A stretch of DNA of 19,926 nt from Sulfurimonadaceae bacterium (lineage in GTDB: Bacteria; Campylobacterota; Campylobacteria; Campylobacterales; Sulfurimonadaceae), in NCBI GenBank assembly GCA_041562555.1, contig JBFEXS010000031.1, positions 1 through 19,926 of the forward strand, read 5' to 3'. The stretch's first letter is position 1, and each line of letters opens with the position of its first letter. Position numbers and translations under genes: made by a program. The notes below the pieces were generated by a model. That model ran no database searches, was not told the origin of the DNA, and was given only the letters and a program-made list of their open reading frames with translations. Below are positions 1 through 8,106 of this stretch, in pieces.

Positions 1-503
1 ATAGCGGAATAGCCGATAGAATATATCTCTTTATGTTTATCTACGAGCAGGGATACGATATAGTTATCCTCGCTATCGGTCGTGTAATCAAAGTTGGTTC
101 CCGGAGAGATGATCTGCGCTACGTAACGTGACACCTTTGGCGGTTCGCCTCGTTGTTTGATATAGATGATCGTATACTTTTTCTCTTGGATCAGACGGTT
201 AAGGTAACGTTCAAAGGAGATGGTAGGCACTCCGGCAAGCAGAGGGTTTTTGACAGAGTTTTCCACAATGGTTTTGTTCTTCTTGGTCAGCTGAATGTTC
301 AAAAGCTCCGCCATCTCTTTGGCCTTACCGATCTTCAACTCATCATTATTGACCTCATACACCTCGACAAAGGTCCCTATTTCCATAAAGACCACCGTAT
401 GTTCGCCATACTTCTGTTCAAAATGTTCTTGAAGTTTGAAGTAGATCTCAGTAAGTAGGAGTTTCTTATCGTTTAAAAGCGCGTTGACGTCATCAGCTAA
501 CAT
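1..503 (-). CDS. mutS: MutS-family DNA mismatch-repair-like protein, N-terminal part (runs off the window edge); resembles the MutS7-type proteins of free-living Campylobacterota
   Basis: Manual translation from ATG 503-501, open to position 3: [77 protein letters not shown]...PLLAGVP...[21 protein letters not shown]...[11 protein letters not shown]...IGYSA. It carries MutS domain I hallmarks (G-x-F-x-E, A..L.I.LT, AGVP, SPGT). Not in the ORF track because there is no stop inside the window. Confidence 0.85.
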   Translation of the reverse strand, partial: MLADDVNALLNDKKLLLTEIYFKLQEHFEQKYGEHTVVFMEIGTFVEVYEVNNDELKIGKAKEMAELLNIQLTKKNKTIVENSVKNPLLAGVPTISFERYLNRLIQEKKYTIIYIKQRGEPPKVSRYVAQIISPGTNFDYTTDSEDNYIVSLLVDKHKEIYSIGYSA

Positions 504-532
504 AGACCACCATTTTTACAGTAATTGCGCGT

Positions 533-541
533 ATTATACCA
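533..541 (-). promoter_or_regulatory. Extended -10 promoter (TGGTATAAT) for the mutS-like gene
   Basis: The reverse complement of 533-541 is TGGTATAAT, a perfect TGnTATAAT, about 30 nt upstream of ATG 503. Confidence 0.7.
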
Positions 542-601
542 AAGCCTTTACAAAGCATCTTTAAATGGAAAACATCTGTTAAGCAAGAAAAACTAGACTT
601 G

Positions 602-631
602 TATAGAAATTTAACTTTTTTTCGATAAAAT
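602..631 (+). promoter_or_regulatory. Candidate promoter of the PAS gene: sigma70-type -10 TAAAAT overlapping a possible sigma28-like TATA-N15-TTCGATAA
   Basis: TAAAAT at 626-631; TTCGATAA at 621-628, with TATA at 602-605 lying 15 nt upstream. Confidence 0.35.
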
Positions 632-681
632 GACAAAAATATGATATTTTTATTCAATAAAAAATGACACAGGGGAAAAAT

Positions 682-1092
682 ATGACACGACCAACACCGG
701 TAAATGAAGAGGTTTTATTCGATGGAAGAAGTCTTATATCTGAAACAGACACGAAGGGTGTCATCACCTATGTAAACCGCAAGTTTGTAGAGATGTCAGG
801 CTATTCCAAAGAAGAAGCTGTTGGTCAACCACACAATATTTTACGTCACCCGGATATGCCCAAAGCCGCCTTTGATCAAATGTGGAAGACGATTCAAAGC
901 GGGAAGATCTGGGAAGGCTATGTCAAGAACCTTCGCAAAGACGGGAAATTCTACTGGGTGATCGTCAATATCGTACCCAAGCTTGACGAGAATGGTGAGA
1001 TTGTCGGATATATCGCTTCACGTAAGGTTCCAAAACGTATGGATATCAAGTCAATAGAACTCACCTACAAAGAGATGCTGGAACAAGAGTAG
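682..1092 (+). CDS. Stand-alone Aer/CetB-type PAS-domain sensor (probably FAD-binding, energy taxis)
   Basis: LISETDTKGVITYVNRKFVEMSGYS, HNILRHPDMPKAAF..MW.TI..G..W.G.VKN.RKDG.FYWV are classic Aer PAS motifs. There is no TM or MCP domain. Start moved to ATG 682 because AGGGG (671-675) lies 6 nt upstream; the ORF track starts at 664. Confidence 0.85.
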   Translation: MTRPTPVNEEVLFDGRSLISETDTKGVITYVNRKFVEMSGYSKEEAVGQPHNILRHPDMPKAAFDQMWKTIQSGKIWEGYVKNLRKDGKFYWVIVNIVPKLDENGEIVGYIASRKVPKRMDIKSIELTYKEMLEQE

Positions 1093-1104
1093 TCTCTTAC
1101 TCTT
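1085..1104. terminator. Small hairpin between the convergent PAS and Gsp-like genes, possible terminator
   Basis: AAGAGTA (1085-1091) and TACTCTT (1098-1104) form an inverted repeat overlapping the PAS stop codon. Confidence 0.35.
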
Positions 1105-1113
1105 TACCAACCA

Positions 1114-2292
1114 TCACGTGATAATATGTCCTACAAACTTGCTCATATTGTCCAGGATCTTTCCTCCCCTTCTGTAGCCTAAGCCACACGCTTCATAAGC
1201 AAAAAAGACACCTGCTTGATAATGCTCCCCTCTTTCATCTTGAGGAAAGGCAACGGCTTCTTGATAAACCGATTTGTAATGCCCGTACTCACCTTCGGTC
1301 TGGGCTGCTATCGAGCCGTCCGCATTGACATAAGTAGTGTTTGCTCCCTCGCGTCCGAATACTTTCTTCTCTACATATGCCTTACCCTGAAGCGGTTCAT
1401 ATCCGCATTCAAGCAGATAGGGTGAATCCGGGAAAAGTTCATACAATATCTTCAACATGCCCTTGGACTGAAAAAGCAGGGTATAGGCCGGGTTAAGGAT
1501 TATCGCTGATTGTGACTCCATGATCTTCTGCAAAATAAGCGCGAGTTCACCCTCTTCTATGGCGATATCTTCCCATGGGAAAAGCTTGAACCAATACTCA
1601 TAGTCCTGTCCTCTTGCGTCTGAGATACTCTCTTCATCAAATTGTACCTGATGCAAAAACTCAAAACCGGTAATGTAACCGGCATCATCCGCCATTCGTT
1701 TCAGCAGCTTTGTCGTCACTTCTTCTTCATCAATCCCTTCTATGGAAGAGAAAAGTATTCTCCAGCCCTCATAGCGTTCCTCAAACAAAGAAGTATCATC
1801 AAACAGTGTGATGAGCCTTCTGAAGTTCTCAGATATAGATTCATACACGGTATTAAACTGTTTCTCTTCATCCAGTTCGTTTACCTTAAGCATGGCCCAC
1901 TGAAGGATTGCTGTTTCAAAGAGGCCTGTAGGGGTATCTGCATTGAACTCAATCAGTTTAATGGGTTGACCATCTATACCCCCTGCAAAGTCAAAACGTC
2001 CGTACAGGTGCCAGTGCACATCGTTCTCCCAGGACTTTTTGATCATTTCCACAAGGTTATACGGGATACCCAACTCAAAGAACAGATCATTCTCGATCAC
2101 ATATTCAGCCGCTTCGACATACATATCATAAAGTTCGTTCGCAGCAGTATAATAGGCTTCCGCTTGAGCAGAGGTGATCTCTACAAGTTCATCAGCGATA
2201 TATGAACTCCCGTCATTATCTGTATGCCAGGTAAATCCTATCTCCTCAAGCGTAGCATTATCAATAGGTTTAATCTTACGTGTATGTATCAT
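1114..2292 (-). CDS. Glutathionylspermidine synthase-family ATP-grasp ligase (YgiC/YjfC/Cj0372-like, no amidase domain)
   Basis: Motifs LYGRFDF, KLIEFNADTPTGLFE, FKLFPWE, NPAY..LFQSKG, YV.K.VFGREGAN. The probable start is ATG 2292-2290, in an ATGA overlap with the upstream stop; the ORF track starts at 2301. Confidence 0.9.
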   Translation of the reverse strand: MIHTRKIKPIDNATLEEIGFTWHTDNDGSSYIADELVEITSAQAEAYYTAANELYDMYVEAAEYVIENDLFFELGIPYNLVEMIKKSWENDVHWHLYGRFDFAGGIDGQPIKLIEFNADTPTGLFETAILQWAMLKVNELDEEKQFNTVYESISENFRRLITLFDDTSLFEERYEGWRILFSSIEGIDEEEVTTKLLKRMADDAGYITGFEFLHQVQFDEESISDARGQDYEYWFKLFPWEDIAIEEGELALILQKIMESQSAIILNPAYTLLFQSKGMLKILYELFPDSPYLLECGYEPLQGKAYVEKKVFGREGANTTYVNADGSIAAQTEGEYGHYKSVYQEAVAFPQDERGEHYQAGVFFAYEACGLGYRRGGKILDNMSKFVGHIIT

Positions 2293-2840
2293 CCGCCCCA
2301 ACTTGATGTCGTTCCGCTTGAGGTAGACTTTTTAGAAAAGAAACTTTTTTTAGAACCCGATGTTGCCGCCTTCTTTTGTGCATGGTAGGCCGACTTGTTG
2401 ACCATATTGGAGTTTTGAGAGAAGTTCTTATTCCCCATCAATTGATTTGCAATCATATTTCCAAGCAATGATCCTGCCGCGACTGCCAAAATCGTTCCTG
2501 CCAAGCCCATTCCTTCAGGATTGTTTTGTGTTGTCTCGGAAGTGCCCTTTTGATATCTTTCATATTCCTGTTGTGCCAAAGTACGCATCTCTTCTTCACT
2601 CATCAGACGCTCTGTGACCCTTCCATTTTCATCCCGTTCACGAATGATCGCGCGTGAAGGGCCATCTGTCGGTACTTCTTCTATTACATTATATTTCCCG
2701 GCTGCCGTCTGTTCGATGATCAGAAAACGGTTCTTGGGTTCTTGCTGTTCAGCACCTGTACAACCACTTAATGCACTCATCACGACAAGACTCATACTTC
2801 CTAGGCCAATAGCTGATCCTAAGGTTTCAAATTTGCTCAT
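2289..2840 (-). CDS. UPF0323-family lipoprotein (Cj0371/HP0232-like)
   Basis: Lipobox ALSGC after a hydrophobic stretch; GLAGTILAVAAGSLLGNMIANQLMGNKNF segment; Ser/Lys-rich tail KKSFFSKKSTSSGTTSSWGG. SD AAGGA 5 nt upstream. Directly upstream of the Gsp-like gene, as in Campylobacter/Helicobacter. Confidence 0.8.
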   Translation of the reverse strand: MSKFETLGSAIGLGSMSLVVMSALSGCTGAEQQEPKNRFLIIEQTAAGKYNVIEEVPTDGPSRAIIRERDENGRVTERLMSEEEMRTLAQQEYERYQKGTSETTQNNPEGMGLAGTILAVAAGSLLGNMIANQLMGNKNFSQNSNMVNKSAYHAQKKAATSGSKKSFFSKKSTSSGTTSSWGG

Positions 2841-2852
2841 TTCAATCCTTAA

Positions 2853-3299
2853 TTATTTTTTTATTGTGTCTTTATGAATTTGAACGATCCTTTGGATCTC
2901 ATCATCATAAAACCAGATATCATCTCTGCCGTCATAGACGATTTTCCCGATATACGTATGTTTGCCATCGTCAATGACCTGATTATCCTGCATAAATACT
3001 ACTTCTCCAACATACATCCCGATCTTTGGGATCTGGGTCAGATTGACAATTGCGAAACAGACGGCAAAGATGATACTCGCTATCTTTGTACTTGGAAAAA
3101 AGACAAAAAGATATCCAAAGACAACAACACCGCTGAAGAAGAGAAGGTAAGATTGGTGATCGGCAAAAAGGACATTATAATATACGGCGATATCCTGAGC
3201 CTCGATATAGTTCAAAAAGAGTCCCAGAATAAAGAAGAAATCCAAAAAAAAGGTAAAAAACGCACCGGCAGCCAATGCTGTCATCAACTTAGTTCCCAT
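2853..3299 (-). CDS. Hypothetical membrane protein (about 3 TM helices plus a small soluble C-terminal domain)
   Basis: Hydrophobic segments; TAATG overlap with the upstream stop; ends 12 nt before the lipoprotein start. Confidence 0.75.
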   Translation of the reverse strand: MGTKLMTALAAGAFFTFFLDFFFILGLFLNYIEAQDIAVYYNVLFADHQSYLLFFSGVVVFGYLFVFFPSTKIASIIFAVCFAIVNLTQIPKIGMYVGEVVFMQDNQVIDDGKHTYIGKIVYDGRDDIWFYDDEIQRIVQIHKDTIKK

Positions 3300-3748
3300 T
3301 ATCGCAACCTTTGTATCTTTCGTCTGTAAAGCTTGGAGATCGTTGAGGCTTCACCTTCAAACAGACCCGCCTTAGTCTCAACTATTATATCTGAATTTGC
3401 AAAAGCAAACTCCTGCGTATAGGAGAGGGATTTTTCATTGGCAGAAGTGGAATAGAACCATCCAAAAGGTGCTATGAATGCAGCATGTTCTTCATCTTTG
3501 ACCACACGGATCGCTTTTGCGTTAATATGTACAAAGGTACTCTTGCTGGCTCTTCTCACCCTGTTTTTATGCATATTCGGCACACGGGTCATTGCTTTCA
3601 GGTTTTTAAGGGAGGAAGTGACCTCTACAAAAGGCTTTTCAACGGGACGTTCTTTGATCTTGGCCAGGCGCGCATGGTCTTGGGATAAAAAACCAACGGT
3701 TGTATCCGTTTGGACCAAGAAGACTCTCTTAGCCAGGGCGTGTTTCAT
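3299..3748 (-). CDS. Short Sua5/YrdC (TsaC-like) threonylcarbamoyl-AMP synthase family protein
   Basis: QTDTTVGFLS (cf. PTETVYGL), IKERP (KxR motif), AIRV, STSAN (SxN motif), ASTI. The probable start is ATG 3748, 4 nt after the carB stop; the ORF-track start at 3787 lies inside carB. Confidence 0.8.
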   Translation of the reverse strand: MKHALAKRVFLVQTDTTVGFLSQDHARLAKIKERPVEKPFVEVTSSLKNLKAMTRVPNMHKNRVRRASKSTFVHINAKAIRVVKDEEHAAFIAPFGWFYSTSANEKSLSYTQEFAFANSDIIVETKAGLFEGEASTISKLYRRKIQRLR

Positions 3749-3752
3749 AGTA

Positions 3753-6700
3753 TCAGTCAAGATAGTCTTGTAATGGGACCGGTTCATTCCAGTTCTCGTT
3801 TTTCATCTGTCCAAGGGCTTCGATGGCCGCTCTTGCAGCTGAAAGAGTCGTAAAATAAGGGATACCTCTGCGAAGGACGATCTGACGGATCTTAACCGCA
3901 TCCTCCTTCGCCGTTTTATTATCCGAGGTATTGATCGCCAGGGCAATCTCTCCATTGGTCATGACATCTTCAATATTTGGACGTCCCTCAGAGATCTTCA
4001 ATACAGACTCACACTCGATCCCTGCGGCATTAATTACTTCAGCTGTCCCCTTGGTCGCGATAAGCTTGATACCGTTTTCACTCAATCCTCTTGCTATCTC
4101 CGGTGCATGTTCCTTATCCATATCAATAAATGAGAGGAAACATTTCCCTTCCGTTGGGATGATATTGCCCGCTGCCATCTGGGACTTCGCAAAGGAAGTA
4201 CCAAAATTCTTGGAAATACCCATGACCTCTCCCGTTGACTTCATCTCCGGGCTAAGTACAAGATCGGCTCCATACAGTTTATTGAATGGAAAGACCGCTT
4301 CTTTAAGCGCAATATGATCCTTAAGACGCGGTTTCAATAATCCGTTCTCTTCGGTAACAACCTCATAGTTATCGTAGAATGCCAAAGCGTTTCTCAATGA
4401 ATCACCCATCATGACACGGGTTGCTACCTTCGCCAATGGGATACCTGTTGCCTTGGAGACAAAAGGCACCGTACGTGAAGCACGCGGATTCACCTCGATC
4501 AGATAGATCTCGTTTTGATAAATCGCATACTGGATATTCAGCAAACCAATTACACCAAGTCCCATCGCAATTGTCTTTGTCTGCTGTTCGACCTGCACTT
4601 TGAGCTCTTCAGACAAGTTTACCGGAGGAAGTGAACATGCCGAATCACCCGAGTGAATACCGGCCTCTTCAATATGCTGCATAACGGAACCGATATAGAC
4701 ATCTGTACCGTCACAAATGGCATCTACATCCAGCTCAACAGCCTGATCCAGGAACTTGTCAACAAGAACCGGTGCATCATTGGAGACAGACACTGCTTCA
4801 TCCATATAGGTACGTAGCTCTTCCTCATTGTAAACAATACGCATCGCACGTCCGCCAAGTACGAATGATGGACGCACCAATACCGGGTAGGTCAATTCTT
4901 CCGCAATTGCGACTGCCTGTTCTTTTGTCGTTGCGAGACCATTGTTTGGCTGTTTAAGGCCATTGGCTTCGACAAAAGCCGCAAACTTCTCTCTATCTTC
5001 TGCCAGGTCGATCACCTTAGCTGGCGTACCGGAGATCTTTGCACCGATAGCAGTCAATGGATTGGCAAGTTTCAGCGGTGTTTGCCCACCGAAATGTACA
5101 ATAATCCCGTCTGGCTGTTCATACTCGATCACTTCACGTACATGTTCAAAGTCAATCGGTTCAAAATAGAGTACATCTGATGTATCATAATCTGTAGAGA
5201 CTGTCTCAGGATTACAGTTGTACATAATGCTCTCAATACCCATCTCTTTAAGGGCAAAGGCTGCATGTACACAACAGTAATCAAACTCGATACCCTGACC
5301 GATACGGTTAGGTCCCCCACCAAGTATCATCACTTTCTTCTTGTCCGCATCTACACGGTTCGTAACACTCGGAAGTTTGGTCACATTGGTAGTCGAATAA
5401 AGATATGGTGTAAGTGATTCAAACTCTGCTGCACAGGTGTCTACTTCGTTATATTCAAGATGTATCCCCAAACGTTTACGGGCATTGTAAACATCATTCT
5501 CTGTTTGAGAGATATTTGAATTTCGGTTGATGTGCTGCGCAATTTTCTTATCCGAAAAACCGTCTGTCTTCGCCTTTCTAAAACGCACTTCATCATTCAG
5601 GATATCAATATCCATCGTCTTCTCTAGTGCGACCAACTCTTCAAGCTGGTATAGGAACCACGGGTCGATCTTACACAGATCAAAGATCTCCTCGTGAGTA
5701 AGTCCGCGTCGGAAACCTTCCGCTACGTACAGCATACGCTTCGCATTAGGACGACGGATCTCATGCTTGATAAAATCCATATCCCCTTCAACACAATCAA
5801 AACCGCTATATCCCTCCTCAAGAGAACATAAAGCTTTTTGGAAGGACTCTTTGAAGGTACGGCCAATAGCCATCGCTTCACCCACAGACTTCATTCCTGT
5901 TGTAAGCGTACTGTCTGCTTCCGGGAACTTCTCAAAAGTAAAACGCGGTACCTTCGTCACCACGTAATCGATCACCGGTTCAAAAGAGGCTGCAGTACCT
6001 GTGATGTCATTTTTGATCTCATCAAGCGTATATCCGACTGCAAGCAGTGTTGCAACCTTGGCGATAGGATACCCTGTCGCCTTGGATGCCAAAGCAGACG
6101 AACGAGAAACCCTAGGGTTCATCTCGATAACGATCATTCGCCCCGTCTTCGAATCAACAGAGAACTGTACATTCGATCCACCGGTATCGACACCGATCTC
6201 TCTTAAAATATCAAAAGAAGCATCACGCATACGCTGATACTCTTTATCCGTCAGGGTCAATGCAGGAGCGACCGTGATCGAGTCACCGGTATGCACACCC
6301 ATCGGATCAAAGTTCTCGATCGAACAGATAATAATACAGTTGTCCTCTTTATCCCGGATGACTTCCATCTCGTACTCTTTCCAACCAAGAAGAGACTCTT
6401 CTACAAGGATCTCTGAGATCGGGCTCTCATCCAGACCGCGCTGTGCCAAAATCTTATACTCGTCTATGTTATATGCCACACCTGAACCACCGCCGGCAAG
6501 CGTAAACGAGGCACGAATAATGATTGGAAAACCTATCTCTTCAGCCGCAGCCAATGCCTCGTCCATGTTATAAGCATAACGGGAATGGGGAAGATCCATT
6601 CCGATCTTGATCATCGCTTCTTTAAAAGCCTGTCTGTCTTCACCTTTGGTAATCGCTTCAGGACGGGCACCTAGAAACTCAATACCTTCAAGCATTCCCT

Positions 6701-7013
6701 GTTCGTACATCGTCATCGCAGCATTCAATGCAGTCTGTCCACCCATAGTCGGTAAGATAGCATCCACATTCTCTTTTTTGATGATCTTTGCAATGATTTC
6801 CGGTGTGATCGGCTCAACATAGGTTCTATCTGCGAACTCAGGGTCAGTCATAATGGTCGCAGGATTAGAGTTGATCAATACTACACGATATCCAAGCTCT
6901 TTTAGCGTTTTTACCGCTTGAGTTCCCGAGTAATCAAACTCACAGGCTTGTCCAATAATGATCGGTCCCGAACCGATCAGTAAAATGGTTTTTATATCGT
7001 CTCTTTTTGGCAT
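3753..7013 (-). CDS. carB: Carbamoyl-phosphate synthase large subunit
   Basis: [64 protein letters not shown], duplicated ATP-grasp halves and a C-terminal MGS-like domain; 1086 aa. Confidence 0.99.
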   Translation of the reverse strand: MPKRDDIKTILLIGSGPIIIGQACEFDYSGTQAVKTLKELGYRVVLINSNPATIMTDPEFADRTYVEPITPEIIAKIIKKENVDAILPTMGGQTALNAAMTMYEQGMLEGIEFLGARPEAITKGEDRQAFKEAMIKIGMDLPHSRYAYNMDEALAAAEEIGFPIIIRASFTLAGGGSGVAYNIDEYKILAQRGLDESPISEILVEESLLGWKEYEMEVIRDKEDNCIIICSIENFDPMGVHTGDSITVAPALTLTDKEYQRMRDASFDILREIGVDTGGSNVQFSVDSKTGRMIVIEMNPRVSRSSALASKATGYPIAKVATLLAVGYTLDEIKNDITGTAASFEPVIDYVVTKVPRFTFEKFPEADSTLTTGMKSVGEAMAIGRTFKESFQKALCSLEEGYSGFDCVEGDMDFIKHEIRRPNAKRMLYVAEGFRRGLTHEEIFDLCKIDPWFLYQLEELVALEKTMDIDILNDEVRFRKAKTDGFSDKKIAQHINRNSNISQTENDVYNARKRLGIHLEYNEVDTCAAEFESLTPYLYSTTNVTKLPSVTNRVDADKKKVMILGGGPNRIGQGIEFDYCCVHAAFALKEMGIESIMYNCNPETVSTDYDTSDVLYFEPIDFEHVREVIEYEQPDGIIVHFGGQTPLKLANPLTAIGAKISGTPAKVIDLAEDREKFAAFVEANGLKQPNNGLATTKEQAVAIAEELTYPVLVRPSFVLGGRAMRIVYNEEELRTYMDEAVSVSNDAPVLVDKFLDQAVELDVDAICDGTDVYIGSVMQHIEEAGIHSGDSACSLPPVNLSEELKVQVEQQTKTIAMGLGVIGLLNIQYAIYQNEIYLIEVNPRASRTVPFVSKATGIPLAKVATRVMMGDSLRNALAFYDNYEVVTEENGLLKPRLKDHIALKEAVFPFNKLYGADLVLSPEMKSTGEVMGISKNFGTSFAKSQMAAGNIIPTEGKCFLSFIDMDKEHAPEIARGLSENGIKLIATKGTAEVINAAGIECESVLKISEGRPNIEDVMTNGEIALAINTSDNKTAKEDAVKIRQIVLRRGIPYFTTLSAARAAIEALGQMKNENWNEPVPLQDYLD

Positions 7014-7050
7014 TAGGACCCTTTAATAAATGTTCATAAAAAATTTGTTG

Positions 7051-7072
7051 ATTATATCGATTAAGCACTTAA
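7051..7072 (-). promoter_or_regulatory. carB promoter (-10 TATAAT with upstream TTAA repeats)
   Basis: The minus strand reads TTAAGTGCTTAATCGATATAAT, with TATAAT at 7056-7051; SD AAAGGG precedes ATG 7013. Confidence 0.6.
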
Positions 7073-7173
7073 AAATGGATGAGTTTGTTGATAAAAACAA
7101 GAGATATGATAAAAATTATAAGCACTCCTTCTATCTAGGGTACTAAAGTGTTACTGTTTGAAGAGGAAATAGA

Positions 7174-7344
7174 TCAAAACAGTGTGGGAGTCGACTCTTT
7201 TTTTTGGGGTTTTGAGGTTTTTTTTGGAATCTTATCCTCCGGTAACTGGAGCTTTTTGAGTTCTTCTTTCAAGGCCTTGTTCTCTTCTTGTAAAACCTTG
7301 GTTCTTTCAATCAGCTCTGAAAGTAATTCAAGGACTGCAGCCAT
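7174..7344 (-). CDS. Unannotated 56-aa small protein: N-terminal coiled coil, Lys/Pro-rich linker, C-terminal TPTLF
   Basis: Manual translation: MAAVLELLSELIERTKVLQEENKALKEELKKLQLPEDKIPKKTSKPQKKESTPTLF*. ATG 7344-7342 directly follows the mreC TAA (TAAATG); TGA at 7176-7174. Absent from the ORF track, whose shortest entry is 60 aa. Confidence 0.65.
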   Translation of the reverse strand: MAAVLELLSELIERTKVLQEENKALKEELKKLQLPEDKIPKKTSKPQKKESTPTLF

Positions 7345-8106
7345 TTAATATCGCTTCATTATCACATGAAAATATTCAGGCTGGGTAACATCAAAATATG
7401 GTTCAATACGGGCATTTTGAAACCCTTGTGATTGTGTGATCTCCAGTACTTTTCCCACCTTCAAGCCCGAAAAGAAAAGATTGTCCAATCCACTGGTATA
7501 GACCTCGTCGCCAACCTCGAGTTTGATCCAGTTGGGGATAAACTCTACGACCATCTCTTTGGTGTTTTTTCCATGCACGATACCCGGTGCTCTTTTCTTG
7601 CCTATATATACTGTATAAGAACATTTATAATCCGAATTAAGCAGTGCCATGGGCTGGCCATGATTAAAGGTAACAATACCCGCACTTACACCTTCACTAA
7701 CCAGTCCATAGACCTTTGAGGTATTATAATCTTTCATATCCAGCCAAACTCTGTTTATATCACCAAATTTGGCATACGAGAGCGTTTTGACAAGCTGTAC
7801 TTTCGGAGAGATCTCCAGTCCGGAATTATGCTCTTTGAACATACTGTTGAGTTCGACAGCAAACTCTTGGGCAAGGAGATGGTTCTTTTTGTACTCTTTG
7901 TTCTCAGCACGAAGTTTGATGATGGTATCTTGTTGATCAAAGTGTTCGTCAATAGAGTTATTGACACTCTCAACACTCTCATGATAGAAGCTCTTGACTC
8001 CATTAAGTGCCCCGACAAAGGGGTCTTGAACCCAGTTAGTAAACTTTAAAACACCAATAAGAATTCCAAAGGCGATAAAAAGAAAACCAACCAGCTCCCT
8101 ATTCAT
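7345..8106 (-). CDS. mreC: Rod shape-determining protein MreC
   Basis: N-terminal TM, coiled coil (LRAENKEY), VGDEVYTSGLDNLFFSGLKVGKV; overlaps the mreB stop. Confidence 0.95.
   Translation of the reverse strand: MNRELVGFLFIAFGILIGVLKFTNWVQDPFVGALNGVKSFYHESVESVNNSIDEHFDQQDTIIKLRAENKEYKKNHLLAQEFAVELNSMFKEHNSGLEISPKVQLVKTLSYAKFGDINRVWLDMKDYNTSKVYGLVSEGVSAGIVTFNHGQPMALLNSDYKCSYTVYIGKKRAPGIVHGKNTKEMVVEFIPNWIKLEVGDEVYTSGLDNLFFSGLKVGKVLEITQSQGFQNARIEPYFDVTQPEYFHVIMKRY

Noticed and set aside
153..458. 101-aa plus-strand ORF in the track
   Set aside because: Antisense shadow of the mutS-like gene; no motifs or SD.
3299..3748. Short Sua5/TsaC-like gene as a pseudogene
   Set aside because: The KxR and STSAN motifs are intact, it is coupled to neighbours on both sides, and short forms are known in this phylum.
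7198..7225. Poly-T runs as phase-variation tracts or a terminator
   Set aside because: They are explained by AAA Lys codons of the 56-aa ORF. Phase variation in this group typically uses longer poly-G/C tracts.
7148..7348. 66-aa plus-strand ORF
   Set aside because: Antisense to the better supported 56-aa minus-strand ORF that is coupled to mreC.
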